Part shown: in pieces, positions 1-7,813 of the stretch
How the letters are laid out: each line of letters begins with the position of its first letter
How positions within the stretch are numbered: position 1 is the stretch's first letter
DNA from: Acidobacteriota bacterium
GTDB lineage: Bacteria; Acidobacteriota; Vicinamibacteria; Vicinamibacterales; SCN-69-37
Direction of reading: 5' to 3'
Length of the DNA: 59,957 nt
Assembly: GCA_013203475.1 (NCBI GenBank)
Contig: JABMNV010000106.1
Location: 1 to 59,957 of the forward strand
The notes under the pieces: model-generated
What the model was told of the DNA's origin: nothing
Database searches by the model: none
What the model saw: the letters and a program-made list of their open reading frames with translations, nothing else
Program-made: the position numbers and the translations under genes

Positions 1-19
1 GCCAGCAGTTTATACTGCT

Positions 20-52
20 ACTGCTGGGTGCTATGTGCTGGGTGCTGGGTGC
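20..52. repeat. Short tandem heptamer repeat (GTGCTGG-like)
   Basis: ctgctgg gtgctat gtgctgg gtgctgg gtgc; same unit family as 3725-3846. Confidence 0.7.
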
Positions 53-61
53 ATTGATTAA

Positions 62-907
62 ATGACAAACGCTTTACTTGACGCGCTCAAACACACACCG
101 AACGTCTTGTCGGTCGAGCTTCGCCCGCCGCGGGCCGAGCTGGACTCGCCCACGGGCATGGACGCGTGGATTGACACTTACCACACGGTGCATGGGTTGG
201 TCCGCAACGACATGTTCGTGTTTCTCACCGACAGCGCCGTGGGCGCCAGGGAAGAAAACAACCTGCGGCATCTGGTGATCAACCTCGGCAACGACGTCCC
301 TCGCAGTCACGTCATCCCATTTCTGACGACGAAGCATACGCAGGACTATTGCCTGTCGTATGCCGAACGCGCTCTGCATGAGGGGTTCCCGTCGCTCGTG
401 GTGCTGGGCGGAGACAAGTCCATTGGTCCACCGCGGTGTGTCCCGCACGCATGGCAACTCCGTGAAGACATTCGCCGCCACGTCCCCGATTTGGCGCTGG
501 GGGGATGGGCGAACCCTCATCAGAACCCGGTCACTCAAGTCGGGTATCTCCAGGGTCCGCGCTTCACGGGCGAGCTGTATCTGACGCAAGTGGTCTCGCA
601 CCACGACCTGCCGAAGGTCGAGGCCTTCCTGGGCGAACAGGACGCCGCCGGCGTGACCACGCCAGGCATCTTTGGCGTGTTTTACTACCGCAGCGCCAGC
701 CCAAAGACGTTATCGATTCTCCAGCAGTTCCTCACGGTCCCCGCCGAGGCGCTCACAGCCGAGTTTGCGGCAGGCGAAAGCCCGGAGGCTATCTGCGCGC
801 GATCGATTCGGGAACTGCGACGGGCAGGCGCAAAGCACCTCTATCTGTCGAACCTTCCCATCCGCGGCACTCGGCAAATCCTCGAACGGATCCTCTCGCT
901 CGTCTGA
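62..907 (+). CDS. Methylenetetrahydrofolate reductase-like (MetF/MTHFR fold) protein
   Basis: SVELRPP at N-terminus, TDS motif, LVVLGGD, ANP and TQ motifs typical of the MTHFR family; divergent. Confidence 0.6.
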   Translation: MTNALLDALKHTPNVLSVELRPPRAELDSPTGMDAWIDTYHTVHGLVRNDMFVFLTDSAVGAREENNLRHLVINLGNDVPRSHVIPFLTTKHTQDYCLSYAERALHEGFPSLVVLGGDKSIGPPRCVPHAWQLREDIRRHVPDLALGGWANPHQNPVTQVGYLQGPRFTGELYLTQVVSHHDLPKVEAFLGEQDAAGVTTPGIFGVFYYRSASPKTLSILQQFLTVPAEALTAEFAAGESPEAICARSIRELRRAGAKHLYLSNLPIRGTRQILERILSLV

Positions 908-910
908 TCT

Positions 911-1518
911 CTATGTGAATTCCCGATCCCATGTCCCGGCGAACACGAAGTCCGCCGCGGCCCGCCGGCGGCGCGGGGCCTGCTCGGCCGCCCGGTGTTT
1001 TTATTTTTGAGCACGCCTGGCGAGCCGGGATAACCGATCACCATCACGACCGCTGGCTCAAATCCTTCTGGAACCTGACAGGCCTCACGCGCCGCACTGT
1101 GATCGAACCCTTCCATCTGTCGAATGGCCAAACCCTGTGACTGCGCCTGCAAGGTCAGAAATGCCACAGCCTGGCCCGTGTCGTAATATGCGTGGCGATT
1201 GGCGTCGCCTGTCAGTTCCAATATCAGTTTTACGGCAGTCAGCACCATGACGGGCGCGGTCTGTGCCCACGCCTGTTTGCTCGGCTTGAGCGTGCTGAGC
1301 AGCGCGTCGTAGGCGTGGGGCGACTGGTCGCGATGGGCCACCACGAACCGCCACGGCTGTTCGTTGCAGGAAGATGGCGCCCATCGTGCGGCTTCAAACA
1401 ACTGCCACAAATCGTCGACGGGCACAGACCGATCGGGATCAAATGCTCGTGGACTCCAGCGTTCACGAATCAGGTCGACAACGTCATGGTCGGCCTGCGC
1501 GTGTTTGGGATGCGTCAT
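911..1518 (-). pseudogene. Nitroreductase family protein with a frameshift near 998-1008
   Basis: ERWSPRAF, EAARWAPSSCNEQPWRF, YDTGQA and QMEGF motifs. The native-looking C-terminus HRAAEQAPRRRRAAADFVFAGTWDREFT* lies in another frame and ends at 911. Confidence 0.75.
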
Positions 1519-1545
1519 GGTCACGGTGTCTGTATCATCTGAGGA

Positions 1546-2724
1546 ATGGCCCGATTCCTCGACAACGTTCCTTTCTCCGGCATTATTCGCATTCGCGACA
1601 TGATGTACTCCGTCGAGAAGCCCTTTCGGCTCGATCAGGGCGATGTGAGCTTCGACGCGCCTGAATCCGTGAAGGACGCACTCCGCAAGGGCATTGCCGA
1701 GAACCGAACGCACTACGTGCAAACGACGGGTATTCCGCCGCTGCTCACGCTCCTGACCGAGAAGATGCGGAACACGAACGGCATCCCTATCGGCGGACCG
1801 GAGGAGGTCATGGTCACCAACGGTGGCATCCACGCTCAATACATCGCTTGCCTTGCGCTCCTTGAGCCTGGCGACGAAGTGCTCGTGCCCGATCCGAACT
1901 GGCCTCCCACTGTCAGCAACATCCTGGCAGCACAGGCGGTGCCTGTCCCGTTCCCGGTCTACGAGTCGCTCGGCTGGCGCCCGGACATGGACGAATTGGC
2001 GCGCCTGATCACGCCGAAGACCAAGGCCATTCTCATCAACACCCCGAGCAATCCCACCGGTGGTGTGCTCACCCGTCAAGACCTGGACGCACTGGCTGCG
2101 CTGGTCACTGAGCACAACCTCTGGGTGTTTTCCGATGAGGCTTACGAGGACTTCGTATTCGACGGACACGAACACCTCAGCATCGCGGCGTGGCCCGGTC
2201 TGTACGAACGAACGATTCCGCTCTACACGTTCAGCAAGAGCTACGCGATGACGGGTCTCAGACTCGGTTATCTGGCGATCAAAGATCCCAAGATCCGCGA
2301 GCGGGCGCGCAAGGTGATTTTCTGCACCACGTCCAACGTGTCGTCACTGATTCAGTACGGAGCGGTGGGAGCGCTGGAAGGACCGCAGGATGTGGTTGTG
2401 GCGTTTCGCGACGAGTGCGCCGCGCGCCGAGACATGTTCTACGAGAAACTCCCCCAAGCCTCCAAAGGCCTGCTCACTGGGGCACATCCAGCGGGCGCGT
2501 TTTACGCGTTCGTCAAGATAGACCCGGAGTGGAGATCACCGCTGGCCGACGCCCCTGAGTCACTGTCGTGGGCCATGGCAGAGTTCCTGATCAAACGGGC
2601 CCGAATCGGTTGCATTCCAGGCGCCGACTTCGGCTCGCACGGAGAGGGACACCTGCGGCTCTGCTTCGCCCGAGGGCGCGAAGAACTGGCGGGCGCCCTG
2701 GCGTCCATGGAAGAACATCTGTAG
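1546..2724 (+). CDS. PLP-dependent aminotransferase class I/II (aspartate aminotransferase-like)
   Basis: NTPSNPTG, SDEAY and SKSYAMTGLRLG (PLP lysine) motifs. Confidence 0.9.
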   Translation: MARFLDNVPFSGIIRIRDMMYSVEKPFRLDQGDVSFDAPESVKDALRKGIAENRTHYVQTTGIPPLLTLLTEKMRNTNGIPIGGPEEVMVTNGGIHAQYIACLALLEPGDEVLVPDPNWPPTVSNILAAQAVPVPFPVYESLGWRPDMDELARLITPKTKAILINTPSNPTGGVLTRQDLDALAALVTEHNLWVFSDEAYEDFVFDGHEHLSIAAWPGLYERTIPLYTFSKSYAMTGLRLGYLAIKDPKIRERARKVIFCTTSNVSSLIQYGAVGALEGPQDVVVAFRDECAARRDMFYEKLPQASKGLLTGAHPAGAFYAFVKIDPEWRSPLADAPESLSWAMAEFLIKRARIGCIPGADFGSHGEGHLRLCFARGREELAGALASMEEHL

Positions 2725-2767
2725 GCGAAAAGTCTTGAGATGGCACACGAGCCATGAAGGTCCTGAA

Positions 2768-2970
2768 GAGGACCGCCTTCTCGCGCGCCATGCGCACCAA
2801 CTGCAGCTTGACCTCACCATCGGTGCGCTGTTCCACGTCCTTGGATATGCCGTACCCGTGACGCGTGGCATCGGTCAGCGACAGCAGAATGTGAAGAACG
2901 GCTGGCGTCAGGGGTAGAAACGACCTGGGTGTCTCGGTGGCTGCGAACGATTCGACGATTTTGTTCGCTA
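2768..2970 (-). pseudogene. PadR-family regulator remnant with an internal deletion
   Basis: Translates FLPLTPAVLHILLSLTDATRHGYGISKDVEQRTDGEVKL directly into QLVRMAREKAVL. The GTLY...RRYY core is absent and there is no start codon after the upstream SDR stop. Confidence 0.75.
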
Positions 2971-2977
2971 CGGGTGG

Positions 2978-3718
2978 TTAATACACGTGCCGGCCACCGT
3001 CGACGCGAATCGTCTCCCCGGTAATGAAGTCGGAATCGATCAGGGCGAGAACGGTTTTGGCGATTTCCTCTGCCCCACCCCAGTGCCCAAGCGGCGTGGC
3101 GTCTTCCACGGCCTTGCGTTGTGCCTCCGAGTACTCCGCAGGTGCGAGCACTGGGCCTGGAGCGATGGCGTTGACCAGGATTTTGTCGGCCGCCAGTTCC
3201 AGCGCGAGACCTTCCGTCAGCGCTTTGACGCCAGCCTTCGCCACGTAATACGCCAGATATCCCTTGTACCGAGGGCGTCCGCTGGCCGCGACCCAGTCTG
3301 AGAAGTTGATGATGCGCCCACCGCCTGCCGCGCGCATGTGGGGGGCAGCCGCTCTGGCGCACAAATACGCGCCGCGCAGGTCCACGGCGAGTTGTCGGTC
3401 CCACGCCGCTTCATCCAGATCATCGAATGCGACCGGATCGTAGGTGGACGCCATATTGATAAGCACATCCAGGCGACCAAATTCGCGCGCCGCCGCGTCC
3501 ACCACACTCGCGCAGGATGCGGCGTCACTCACGTCGGCCTGGACCACCAGCGCGCGGCGACCAAGCGCCCGCACTGCCGCTGCCGCCTCGTCGGCTTCAG
3601 ACCGCGACCGGTGATAGGCCAACGCCACGTCGGCGCCCCGCGACGCCAGTGCCGTGGCCACAGCCATCCCCATGCGTGTAGCGCCGGTGATCAGAGCTGA
3701 TTTGTTGGTGAAAAGCAT
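2978..3718 (-). CDS. SDR oxidoreductase, pteridine reductase/FolM-like
   Basis: TGATRMG, INMAS, YYVAK (YxxxK), VNAIAPG and DGGRH motifs. ATG at 3718 preferred because the longer ORF start lies in the repeat tract. Confidence 0.85.
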   Translation of the reverse strand: MLFTNKSALITGATRMGMAVATALASRGADVALAYHRSRSEADEAAAAVRALGRRALVVQADVSDAASCASVVDAAAREFGRLDVLINMASTYDPVAFDDLDEAAWDRQLAVDLRGAYLCARAAAPHMRAAGGGRIINFSDWVAASGRPRYKGYLAYYVAKAGVKALTEGLALELAADKILVNAIAPGPVLAPAEYSEAQRKAVEDATPLGHWGGAEEIAKTVLALIDSDFITGETIRVDGGRHVY

Positions 3719-3724
3719 GAGATC

Positions 3725-3846
3725 AGTGCTCGGTGCTGGGTGCTCAGTGCCCGGTGCGCTGGCGGTTGGGGCACTCCGTAACTCAGCACGTAGCACTCAG
3801 CACGTAGCACCCAGCACCCAGCACGTAGCACGTAGCCCCCAGCACT
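3725..3846. repeat. Inverted arrays of heptamer tandem repeats (GTGCTNN / AGCACNN)
   Basis: gtgctcg gtgctgg gtgctca gtgcccg, a short spacer, then about 10 agcacgt/agcaccc/agcactc units. Confidence 0.85.
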
Positions 3847-3850
3847 GCCT

Positions 3851-4336
3851 CTAATATTTCCCCCGCAACCGCGCCCGGCCGGCTTCTCTGGACGCCCGGG
3901 TCGATTCGCGGTATCCGTCGATCGACCAGTCGCCAGCACCGGTCAGGGTGAGACAGACCAGCGCGCCGATCAGCACGACGCTGAACTCGGTCCCCTGTCC
4001 ACGGTCGGGCGTCCCCATCCAGTTAAGGAAGAAGCCATTCATCAGGTGCACCTTCCAGATAGCGACACCCATGATGATGGTAAGCAGGGGCGACACAAAG
4101 CGTGTCAAAAAACCGACAGCGAGCAGGAGACCGCCGAAAAATTCGACGATACCCACGAATACGGCGAGTGGAAACGCGGGGTTGAGGTTTATTGCGGCGA
4201 AAAACTGGGCAGTAACGTCAGGTCCGCCTACACCTATCCCCGGGCCGGCCCATAGGCCGAACAGCTTGTTTGCTCCGTGTGCGACGAATACCGCAGCCAG
4301 TGCCAACCGCAGCGCCACCAGACCAAGTCCGTTCAA
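3851..4336 (-). CDS. DoxX family membrane protein
   Basis: LRLALAAVFVAHGANKLFG, EFFGG, GAGDWSID; four hydrophobic segments; AGGAGG RBS before TTG. Confidence 0.9.
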   Translation of the reverse strand: MNGLGLVALRLALAAVFVAHGANKLFGLWAGPGIGVGGPDVTAQFFAAINLNPAFPLAVFVGIVEFFGGLLLAVGFLTRFVSPLLTIIMGVAIWKVHLMNGFFLNWMGTPDRGQGTEFSVVLIGALVCLTLTGAGDWSIDGYRESTRASREAGRARLRGKY

Positions 4337-4441
4337 CGCGCCCTCCTGTCAATGGACTATTTTGCCACTTTTCAGGCCTATCGTCTCACTTTCCGGGCTA
4401 TGCTTCGCGATAAATCTAGGTCAAAGAAGCAGGAGACAGCG

Positions 4442-5737
4442 ATGTGGACACGACGACAGTTCCTCAACCGAACCAGCGCAGTGGCCGGAGCCGCTCTGGC
4501 CACCTACAATCCGAACGGTCTTTCACGGCTGCTTGAAGCCAGCGCTGGACAAAATGGCCGTGCGCTTGCGGATGTGACCCGCGACGAGGACTTCTGGCGC
4601 GAGGTGCAGGAGGGCTTCACGCTCGACCGCACGATCATCAACCTGAACAACGGTGGCGTGTGCCCGAGCCCGCGTGCGGTGCATGAGGCATTCAAGCGCT
4701 ACCTCGATATTTCGAATCAGTCACCGGTGTACCACATGTGGCAGGTGCTGGAACCAAACATCGAAAGCGTGCGCCGAGAACTCGCGCGAGACATCGGTGC
4801 CGATCCGGAAACCATTGCGGTCACGCGCAACGCCAGCGAAGCACTGCAAATTGCGCAACTGGGCATCGACCTGAAACCGGGCGATGAAGTGCTGACCACC
4901 AATCAGGACTATGGTCGGATGTTGAACACGTGGGAACAGCGCGTCACCCGCGAGGGCATCAAGCTCACCAAGATCTCATTCCCCGTGCCACCGTCGCAGG
5001 CCGACCTGGTGCAGCGTTTCGAGCGCGCGATCACGCCTGCCACCAAAGTGATCCACTTCTGCCACATCACGAACCTGACAGGGCACATCTTCCCGGTCAA
5101 GGAAATCTGCGCGCTCGCCCGTAGCCGAGGCATCCTCACCATCGTCGACGGCGCCCATGCCTACGCGCACTTTCCGTTCAAGATCACGGACTTCGACTGC
5201 GACTACTACGGGTCGAGCCTTCACAAGTGGCTGCTGGCGCCGATCGGAACCGGTCTGCTGTACGTCCGGCCGGATCGCATCGAGAAGACCTATGCCCTTC
5301 AGCCCGCAGCGATAAAACAGGCTGACAACATCCGCAAGTTTGAAGAAATAGGCACACACCCAGCCGCCAATCACAACGCGGTCGCCGAGGCGCTCGTGTT
5401 CCATCGCGGCATCGGCGCCGACCGGAAGGCGGCGCGTCTGCGCTACCTCAAAGCGCGCTGGGCCAACGAACTCACCACACTCGACCGCATCGAACTGCAC
5501 ACGAGCCTGGACCCGGCGCAATCGTGCGCGATCGGCACAGTCGGCATCAAGGGTATCAAGCCAGGAGACATCGTCTCGAAACTGTGGGCAGACCGCCGCA
5601 TTATCGCCACGCCGATCACGGTCGGCACTGCGGACGCCATGGAATACGCGGGCGTGCGCGTGACGCCGAACGTCTACACCACGCTCGACGAAGTCGATAC
5701 GTTTATTGACATGATGACGAAGCTCGCCAAGAGCTGA
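4442..5737 (+). CDS. Tat-exported aminotransferase class V (isopenicillin N epimerase-like PLP enzyme)
   Basis: MWTRRQFL twin-arginine signal after AGGAG RBS; INLNNG, DGAHA and SLHKWLLAP motifs. Confidence 0.85.
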   Translation: MWTRRQFLNRTSAVAGAALATYNPNGLSRLLEASAGQNGRALADVTRDEDFWREVQEGFTLDRTIINLNNGGVCPSPRAVHEAFKRYLDISNQSPVYHMWQVLEPNIESVRRELARDIGADPETIAVTRNASEALQIAQLGIDLKPGDEVLTTNQDYGRMLNTWEQRVTREGIKLTKISFPVPPSQADLVQRFERAITPATKVIHFCHITNLTGHIFPVKEICALARSRGILTIVDGAHAYAHFPFKITDFDCDYYGSSLHKWLLAPIGTGLLYVRPDRIEKTYALQPAAIKQADNIRKFEEIGTHPAANHNAVAEALVFHRGIGADRKAARLRYLKARWANELTTLDRIELHTSLDPAQSCAIGTVGIKGIKPGDIVSKLWADRRIIATPITVGTADAMEYAGVRVTPNVYTTLDEVDTFIDMMTKLAKS

Positions 5738-5746
5738 TGGTGAGAT

Positions 5747-5766
5747 GGCGGGGCCTAGGCCCCGCC
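5747..5766. repeat. Perfect 20-bp GC-rich palindrome (REP-like or terminator stem)
   Basis: GGCGGGGCCTAGGCCCCGCC, 9 nt after the stop codon; no U-tract. Confidence 0.5.
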
Positions 5767-5858
5767 CGGTAGAGACGCGGGCATTCGATCTCCTCGGTGT
5801 CGGCTGCGTGTTGGCACGAGAGAGGCGAGGCTGCAGGGCTTCGGGGTAGGATCAACTT

Positions 5859-7073
5859 ATGTCTACCCCTCCGAACGTGCACGTTGCTGCTCGAATCCAG
5901 GGCTTTACGTATGCCATTCGCAATGTGGTGGCGGAAGCCAGAAAAGTGGAGGCCGCAGGCCGGACGGTTCGCTATCTGAATATCGGCGATCCTATTCCGT
6001 TCGGCTTCACAACCCCACCACACCTGATCGAAGCCGTGGACCGCACCATGCGCGACGGCGACAACGGCTACACGGCGTCGGTCGGCATCACGCCCGCCCG
6101 CGAAGCCGTCGCCGCAGAGTACGAGTCTCGCGGCATGCCTGTGGGTGTGGACCGCATTATTCTCACAGCCGGCACATCAGAGGGCATCGAACTGGCGCTG
6201 GGCGCGATGGCTGATGCGGGGGATGAAGTGTTGGTGCCCACGCCGACGTATCCGCTCTACACCGCGGTGCTCGCCAAGTTGGGCGCGCGCGCGGTGTTTT
6301 ACCGCACGGACCCGAACAACGGCTGGCTGCCAGACCTGGATGATCTCAAGTCGAAGATGACCGCGTTGACGCGCGCCATCGTCGTGATTGATCCGAACAA
6401 CCCCACCGGCGCACTCTATCCTGAGGCCACGCGCCGCGCGTTGATCGCCGTGTCGAACGAGTCCGGGGTGCCTATCCTCGCCGACGAAGTCTATGGCGAC
6501 CTGAGTTTCGACGGCCCCTGTCCGTTGCTGGGGAGCCTCGATCCGGATGCGGCCATCCTGTCGTTTTCGTCACTCTCCAAAGCCTATGTCGCACCTGGTT
6601 GGCGTGCCGGGTGGCTCACCGTCGGGCGCACCACACGACTCGACGACGTGCTGGCGGGGATCAAGAAACTGGCGGATGGTCGTTTGTGCAGCACCGGGCC
6701 CATGCAGCACGCCGTCACTGCGGCACTGACTGGTGACCGCAGTCATCAGCAAGAGTTTGTTCAGGCGCTGGCGCTCCGTGCCAAGCTGACCACGGACAGA
6801 CTGAACGCCATTCCTGGAATGAGTTGCGTCGCACCACAGGCTGCGTTCTACGCCATGCCGAAAGTAGACCTGCCGCCCGGCGTCACCGATGAAGACTATG
6901 TGCTGGCGCTCCTGCGTGAGACCGGCATCCTTTGCGTGTATGGCTCCGGGTTCGGGCAACCGGCGGGTGATGGGTTCTTCCGCGTGGTCTTCCTGGCGCC
7001 GCCGGATGCACTAGCAGCGATTTACGACGACATTGGTGCATTTACTGGCGACTACCTCTCGAGAATGTCTTGA
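5859..7073 (+). CDS. Aminotransferase class I/II, alanine aminotransferase (AlaA)-like
   Basis: YAIR, LNIGDP, PNNPTGA, ADEVY and SLSKAYVAPGWRAGW motifs. Confidence 0.85.
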   Translation: MSTPPNVHVAARIQGFTYAIRNVVAEARKVEAAGRTVRYLNIGDPIPFGFTTPPHLIEAVDRTMRDGDNGYTASVGITPAREAVAAEYESRGMPVGVDRIILTAGTSEGIELALGAMADAGDEVLVPTPTYPLYTAVLAKLGARAVFYRTDPNNGWLPDLDDLKSKMTALTRAIVVIDPNNPTGALYPEATRRALIAVSNESGVPILADEVYGDLSFDGPCPLLGSLDPDAAILSFSSLSKAYVAPGWRAGWLTVGRTTRLDDVLAGIKKLADGRLCSTGPMQHAVTAALTGDRSHQQEFVQALALRAKLTTDRLNAIPGMSCVAPQAAFYAMPKVDLPPGVTDEDYVLALLRETGILCVYGSGFGQPAGDGFFRVVFLAPPDALAAIYDDIGAFTGDYLSRMS

Positions 7074-7092
7074 CGTTTACGAGGCAACAATC

Positions 7093-7806
7093 GTGAAACT
7101 ATCGGTCATCATGCCCGCCTACAACGAGAGGCGGACCATCCGAGAAATCGTCAGTCGTGTCCTGGCGGCCGAGTTGCCGGACATCGAGAAGGAAATTCTG
7201 ATCGTTGACGACGGGTCGACGGACGGCACACGAGACATCATCGCGGAGATGGATGGCACAGACGGCGTACGGGTGATCTATCAGGGGAGCAATCAGGGCA
7301 AGGGAGCAGCAGTGGCACGAGGCCTTCGAGAAGCCACAGGTGACCTCTTGTTGATTCAGGACGCCGACCTCGAGTACGACCCGGCCGAGTACGCACAACT
7401 CCTGCGGCCCATCCTGCGGGGCGACGCGGAGGTGGTGTACGGCTCACGCTTTCTCGGCTCACCGCACGGTCAGCGGGTGTTGTACTTCTGGCATTCGGTG
7501 GGCAACAAGATGCTTACGCTCCTGTCCAATGCCGTCACGGATCTCAATCTGACGGACATGGAAACCTGCTACAAGGCCATGACGCGGGAAGTAGCCGGCA
7601 AGCTCGACCTTCGCTCCCAGCGTTTTGGAGTCGAGCCTGAAATCACCTGCAAAGTGGCTCGTCTCAAAGTACGTATCTACGAAGTCCCGATTTCGTATCA
7701 CGGGCGCACGTATGCAGAGGGGAAGAAGATCGGCCTGAAGGATGCCGTGCAGGCCGCGTGGACCATTCTTCGCTACGCGCGCTGGTCACCCCGGACAGAC
7801 CACTAG
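7093..7806 (+). CDS. Glycosyltransferase family 2 (polyprenol-phosphate glycosyltransferase-like)
   Basis: SVIMPAYNE, VDDGSTDGT, QDADLEY, TDMETCYK and EGKKIG motifs. Confidence 0.9.
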   Translation: MKLSVIMPAYNERRTIREIVSRVLAAELPDIEKEILIVDDGSTDGTRDIIAEMDGTDGVRVIYQGSNQGKGAAVARGLREATGDLLLIQDADLEYDPAEYAQLLRPILRGDAEVVYGSRFLGSPHGQRVLYFWHSVGNKMLTLLSNAVTDLNLTDMETCYKAMTREVAGKLDLRSQRFGVEPEITCKVARLKVRIYEVPISYHGRTYAEGKKIGLKDAVQAAWTILRYARWSPRTDH

Positions 7807-7813
7807 TCGCCTC

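Noticed and set aside
998-1008. Canonical programmed -1 ribosomal frameshift
   Set aside because: T-AAA-AAC lacks the XXX triplet; an indel or error is more parsimonious.
841-2175. 444-aa minus-strand ORF as a single gene
   Set aside because: The first half is antisense shadow of the aminotransferase; only the part from 1518 is nitroreductase.
3725-3846. CRISPR array
   Set aside because: Units are 7-bp tandem repeats without unique spacers, and no cas genes are present.
5812-5826. sigma54 promoter TGGCACGAGAGAGGC
   Set aside because: The -12 element lacks TTG, and a -10 TAGGAT leaderless arrangement explains the downstream gene better.
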